From the NCBI GenBank assembly GCA_977020255.1, contig CDROCS010002432.1, positions 62,001 to 126,000 of the forward strand: 64,000 bases of DNA, given 5' to 3'. A program made the position numbers and the translations under genes. The stretch is from Obrimoposthia wandeli (taxonomy: Eukaryota). Positions 61,318 to 64,000 of this stretch are shown in pieces (position 1 is the first letter of the stretch; the number at the start of each line of letters is the position of its first letter). The notes under the pieces were generated by a model, which saw only the letters and a program-made list of their open reading frames with translations, did no database searches and was not told where the DNA came from.

Positions 61318-62298
61318 ATGCCAAAGCCCCGTTCACAACAAATCAGTTTGTCAGATACGCAGTATTACCATATTCAAAGCCGCACTGTACGAAAAGCATT
61401 CTTATGTGGTGTCGATAAAGCAACCGGCATGAATTATGAGCACAGGCGCGATTGGATAGAAGCGCGAATTTTCGAATTATCTCAAACGTTTGCCATTGAT
61501 ATTTGTGCTTATGCCGTCATGCATAATCACTTGCATCTCGTGCTGCATGTTGACACAGCACAAGTCAATAGCTGGTCTACGCTAGAGGTACTTACGCGCT
61601 GGCATCAACTGTACAAAGGCACCCATCTGACCAGGCAATACCTACAGCAACAGACGCTTAATGAATACGAAAGGGAAATGGTGGAAGATACTTCAAACAT
61701 TTATAAACAACGTTTAATCGATATCAGTTGGTTTATGCGCTCCCTGAATGAGCCGATAGCTCGACAAGCAAACAAAGAGGATGAGTGTAAAGGGCACTTT
61801 TGGGAAGGGCGCTTTCAATCACAAGCTTTGCTCGATGAAGGTGCGCTATTGTCGTGTATGGCTTATGTCGATTTAAATCCTGTCCGCGCTGCTATTGCCC
61901 CTACACCAGAGCAATCAGATTTCACCAGTATACAACTCCGCATCAAGGCCGCTATTAAAGGGGCACAGCCCAAGGCGTTACTGCCTTTTATTGGTAATGA
62001 ACAGCAAGATAGAGCAACGGGTATCCGTTTCAGCCTACAAGATTACCTAATACTGGTAGATGAAACAGGGCGAATACTCAGAGACGACAAACGTGGGGCG
62101 ATTACTCCTGAAACCACTGCGATACTCACGAGGTTACATATCAGTAATGAAAGCTGGCTAAAACTGACGACGAATTTCGAAGGTATCTTCACAGGCGCCG
62201 TGGGTAGTGCAGAGCATTTGTGTGCATTTACAGAGCATGTAGGGTTGCATCGAACACACGGTCTAACAAACGCTAAAGCTTGTTTAAATAGCGCGTAA
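61318..62298 (+). CDS. RAYT-like / IS200-related Y1 HUH transposase, long marine gammaproteobacterial type
   Basis: YYHIQSRTVRKAFLCG, FAIDICAYAVMHNHLHLVL (HUH), SWFMR.LNE.IAR.AN.ED.C.GHFWEGRF.SQ.LLDE, CMAYVDLNPVRA. Confidence 0.92.
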   Translation: MPKPRSQQISLSDTQYYHIQSRTVRKAFLCGVDKATGMNYEHRRDWIEARIFELSQTFAIDICAYAVMHNHLHLVLHVDTAQVNSWSTLEVLTRWHQLYKGTHLTRQYLQQQTLNEYEREMVEDTSNIYKQRLIDISWFMRSLNEPIARQANKEDECKGHFWEGRFQSQALLDEGALLSCMAYVDLNPVRAAIAPTPEQSDFTSIQLRIKAAIKGAQPKALLPFIGNEQQDRATGIRFSLQDYLILVDETGRILRDDKRGAITPETTAILTRLHISNESWLKLTTNFEGIFTGAVGSAEHLCAFTEHVGLHRTHGLTNAKACLNSA

Positions 62299-62411
62299 CT
62301 CTATTTTTAACCCAGGTTATATTTATGTTTCCTTGATGGGGGCAAGATTAATGCCGCTATAATTCAGTGGGATGAAGGAATATCGCTCAAAAATTACCAT
62401 TTAGTGTCAAT

Positions 62412-62535
62412 TATTATGGGTGGCATAGTTTCCTGTTCCAATAGGTAACTGTTCATTACTCCATCGTTATAGCTTGTATTTATTATGGGTGGCATAATTT
62501 CCTGGGCATAGTTTCCTGTTTCATAGTTTCCTGTT
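62412..62535. repeat. Right-end repeats of the Y1 element
   Basis: TATTATGGGTGGC at 62412 and 62481 is the reverse complement of GCCACCCATAATA in the left end; CATA(G/A)TTTCCTG occurs at 62424, 62493, 62507 and 62522. Confidence 0.8.
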
Positions 62536-62635
62536 CTCAAGTAAGGTGCTAAGTATGTGAGGAATATATCAAATTGTGCTTAGGTCTTTAATTTACCTAT
62601 AAATCATTTTATTACATGAGAAAGGTTGTATATTT

Positions 62636-63328
62636 GTGAATTTTTTTAAACATTTATTTGCTATTGTTGCGCTGATGGCAAGCCTGAACAGCGCTGCTGA
62701 AACAATCACCTTGGCTGTTGAGAATAGCTGGCCACCTTTTGCTGATAAGGATGGTAATGGAATTTCCAAAGAAATCATTCAAGCAGCGTATAACTCAGTA
62801 AATATGCGTGTTGAATTCATTGTTGTGCCATATGCTAGGGCATTAAGAATGGTTGAACAAGGGCAAGTGGATGGTGCCTTCAATGTGGCAAAACAAAAAA
62901 GCACGTTGGAAAAGTTTCACTTTGGAGAGGTGCCTATTTTCCAAACCAGCGCCTCTTTTTACTACCACATTGACTCAGCGATGAACTTTACCTCTAACAA
63001 TGAAATACTTAAAGACACCTCTGTTGGCGTTATTATTGGCTACGAATATGGTGATAATTACGAAAAAAATAAACACCGATTTAAAGAAGTCAAAGTCGCT
63101 AATCAAGCACAACTATTTCAGCTCTTGAAAAAGAAGAGAATCGATGTGGCAATTATGTTTGATGAAGTTGTTAAAAGTAAGTTAGATAATATGCAACTCG
63201 ATTTCGATGACATCAGAAAAGGCAGTATCAACCACGAAAGCTATATTCATGTCGCCTTTAGTCGGGCAAAAGATACGGCTAAAGCTATGCGCTTACTCGA
63301 TAAAGGCTTACGTAATATTAAACAATGA
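62636..63328 (+). CDS. Polar amino-acid-type periplasmic substrate-binding protein (SBP family 3-like)
   Basis: Signal peptide ending SAAA; ENSWPPF, GISKEII, VPYARALRMV..GQVDG, VGVIIGYEYG, L.KKRIDVAI. Confidence 0.85.
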   Translation: MNFFKHLFAIVALMASLNSAAETITLAVENSWPPFADKDGNGISKEIIQAAYNSVNMRVEFIVVPYARALRMVEQGQVDGAFNVAKQKSTLEKFHFGEVPIFQTSASFYYHIDSAMNFTSNNEILKDTSVGVIIGYEYGDNYEKNKHRFKEVKVANQAQLFQLLKKKRIDVAIMFDEVVKSKLDNMQLDFDDIRKGSINHESYIHVAFSRAKDTAKAMRLLDKGLRNIKQ

Positions 63329-63750
63329 ACCTTAAGTTTAGTGATGTTTTTCTTGTTTGAGCTAATGTAATTGATTTTCTGCTCTGATTAAATTGTGTGG
63401 CATAATAGGTTTTATTTAATGTGGGTGTCTTTTTTAGTTTAGTTATTGTTCAATTACTTTAGATTTTACAGTGACTAACGTTGATATTTTATTTTTGAAT
63501 GTGGCACATGTATTCGACGAAGAAATAGAAGAGCCTTCAAATTACATGTAAAATTTTGTCGATTAAAATGGCTTGAATAATTGGTATCATGGCAATGAAA
63601 ATTACTATCGATGGATTGCTAAAAAGTTTGTATACGAGGTGTTGATACCGGTTATACAACCTCAAGATGAATTGTAAAAGTATTAAGATATTCTAGCTTG
63701 GTACCTATCATTACAGGAAAATACCAAGCTCACTTAAAAGTTATAAATTT

Positions 63751-64000
63751 TTATTCTGGCGTTGATAACACTATGTCGGCCAATAAACTGTCTTGCTGGC
63801 AAAGCAACTTATACAGATGTAATTGATTTTCTGCTCTGACTAAATTGTGTGTAGCGTAGTCGGTTTTAAAGTATTTATCGCCGTTTAAAAAGTCAGTTAA
63901 AAATCGAATGGCTAGCATATAAGGCATTAATTTTACGCCTAGCAATAAACTTTTTTGTTCGGCTCTTGTTAAGCTGCCATTAAAACCCGCAATATAGCCA
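63751..64000 (-). CDS. C-terminal part of an aminoglycoside-phosphotransferase / N-acetylhexosamine kinase-like protein (runs off the window)
   Basis: GYIAGFNGSLTRAEQKSLLLGVKLMPYMLAIRFLTDFLNGDKYFKTDY..HNLVRA.NQ; frame open to the window edge. Confidence 0.75.
   Translation of the reverse strand, partial: GYIAGFNGSLTRAEQKSLLLGVKLMPYMLAIRFLTDFLNGDKYFKTDYATHNLVRAENQLHLYKLLCQQDSLLADIVLSTPE

Overview
AT-rich marine gammaproteobacterial chromosome segment; gene content and intergenic repeats suggest Colwellia or a close relative (inference). From left to right: a TPR-GGDEF diguanylate cyclase; a photolyase-related gene plus a TIGR03643-like gene with matching ECF-type promoters; a 248-bp MITE; putA; a four-gene operon (ferritin-like protein, signal-less Cys-rich protein, DUF692/MNIO enzyme, DUF2063 partner) divergent from an FHA-wHTH regulator and a membrane Ser/Thr kinase-TPR; several signalling genes (two more GGDEF proteins, LuxR-type regulator, large hybrid histidine kinase); a ~21-kb cobalamin salvage/late-synthesis island with three cobalamin riboswitches, btuB (frame broken near its 3' end), btuM and an exported CobN-like protein with an ExbB/ExbD-like pair; a solo integron-type gene cassette whose attC is abutted by a truncated IS1182-type element; and a head-to-tail array of ten starts of a RAYT/Y1-HUH transposase element sharing one fixed left end with variable 3' truncations, mirrored by short fixed-end repeats on the right. 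No rRNA, tRNA or CRISPR array was seen. Best candidates for an undescribed system: the ferritin-like/Cys-rich/MNIO operon with its divergent FHA-kinase module, and the fixed-end transposase array. Family assignments come from motif recognition, not database searches.
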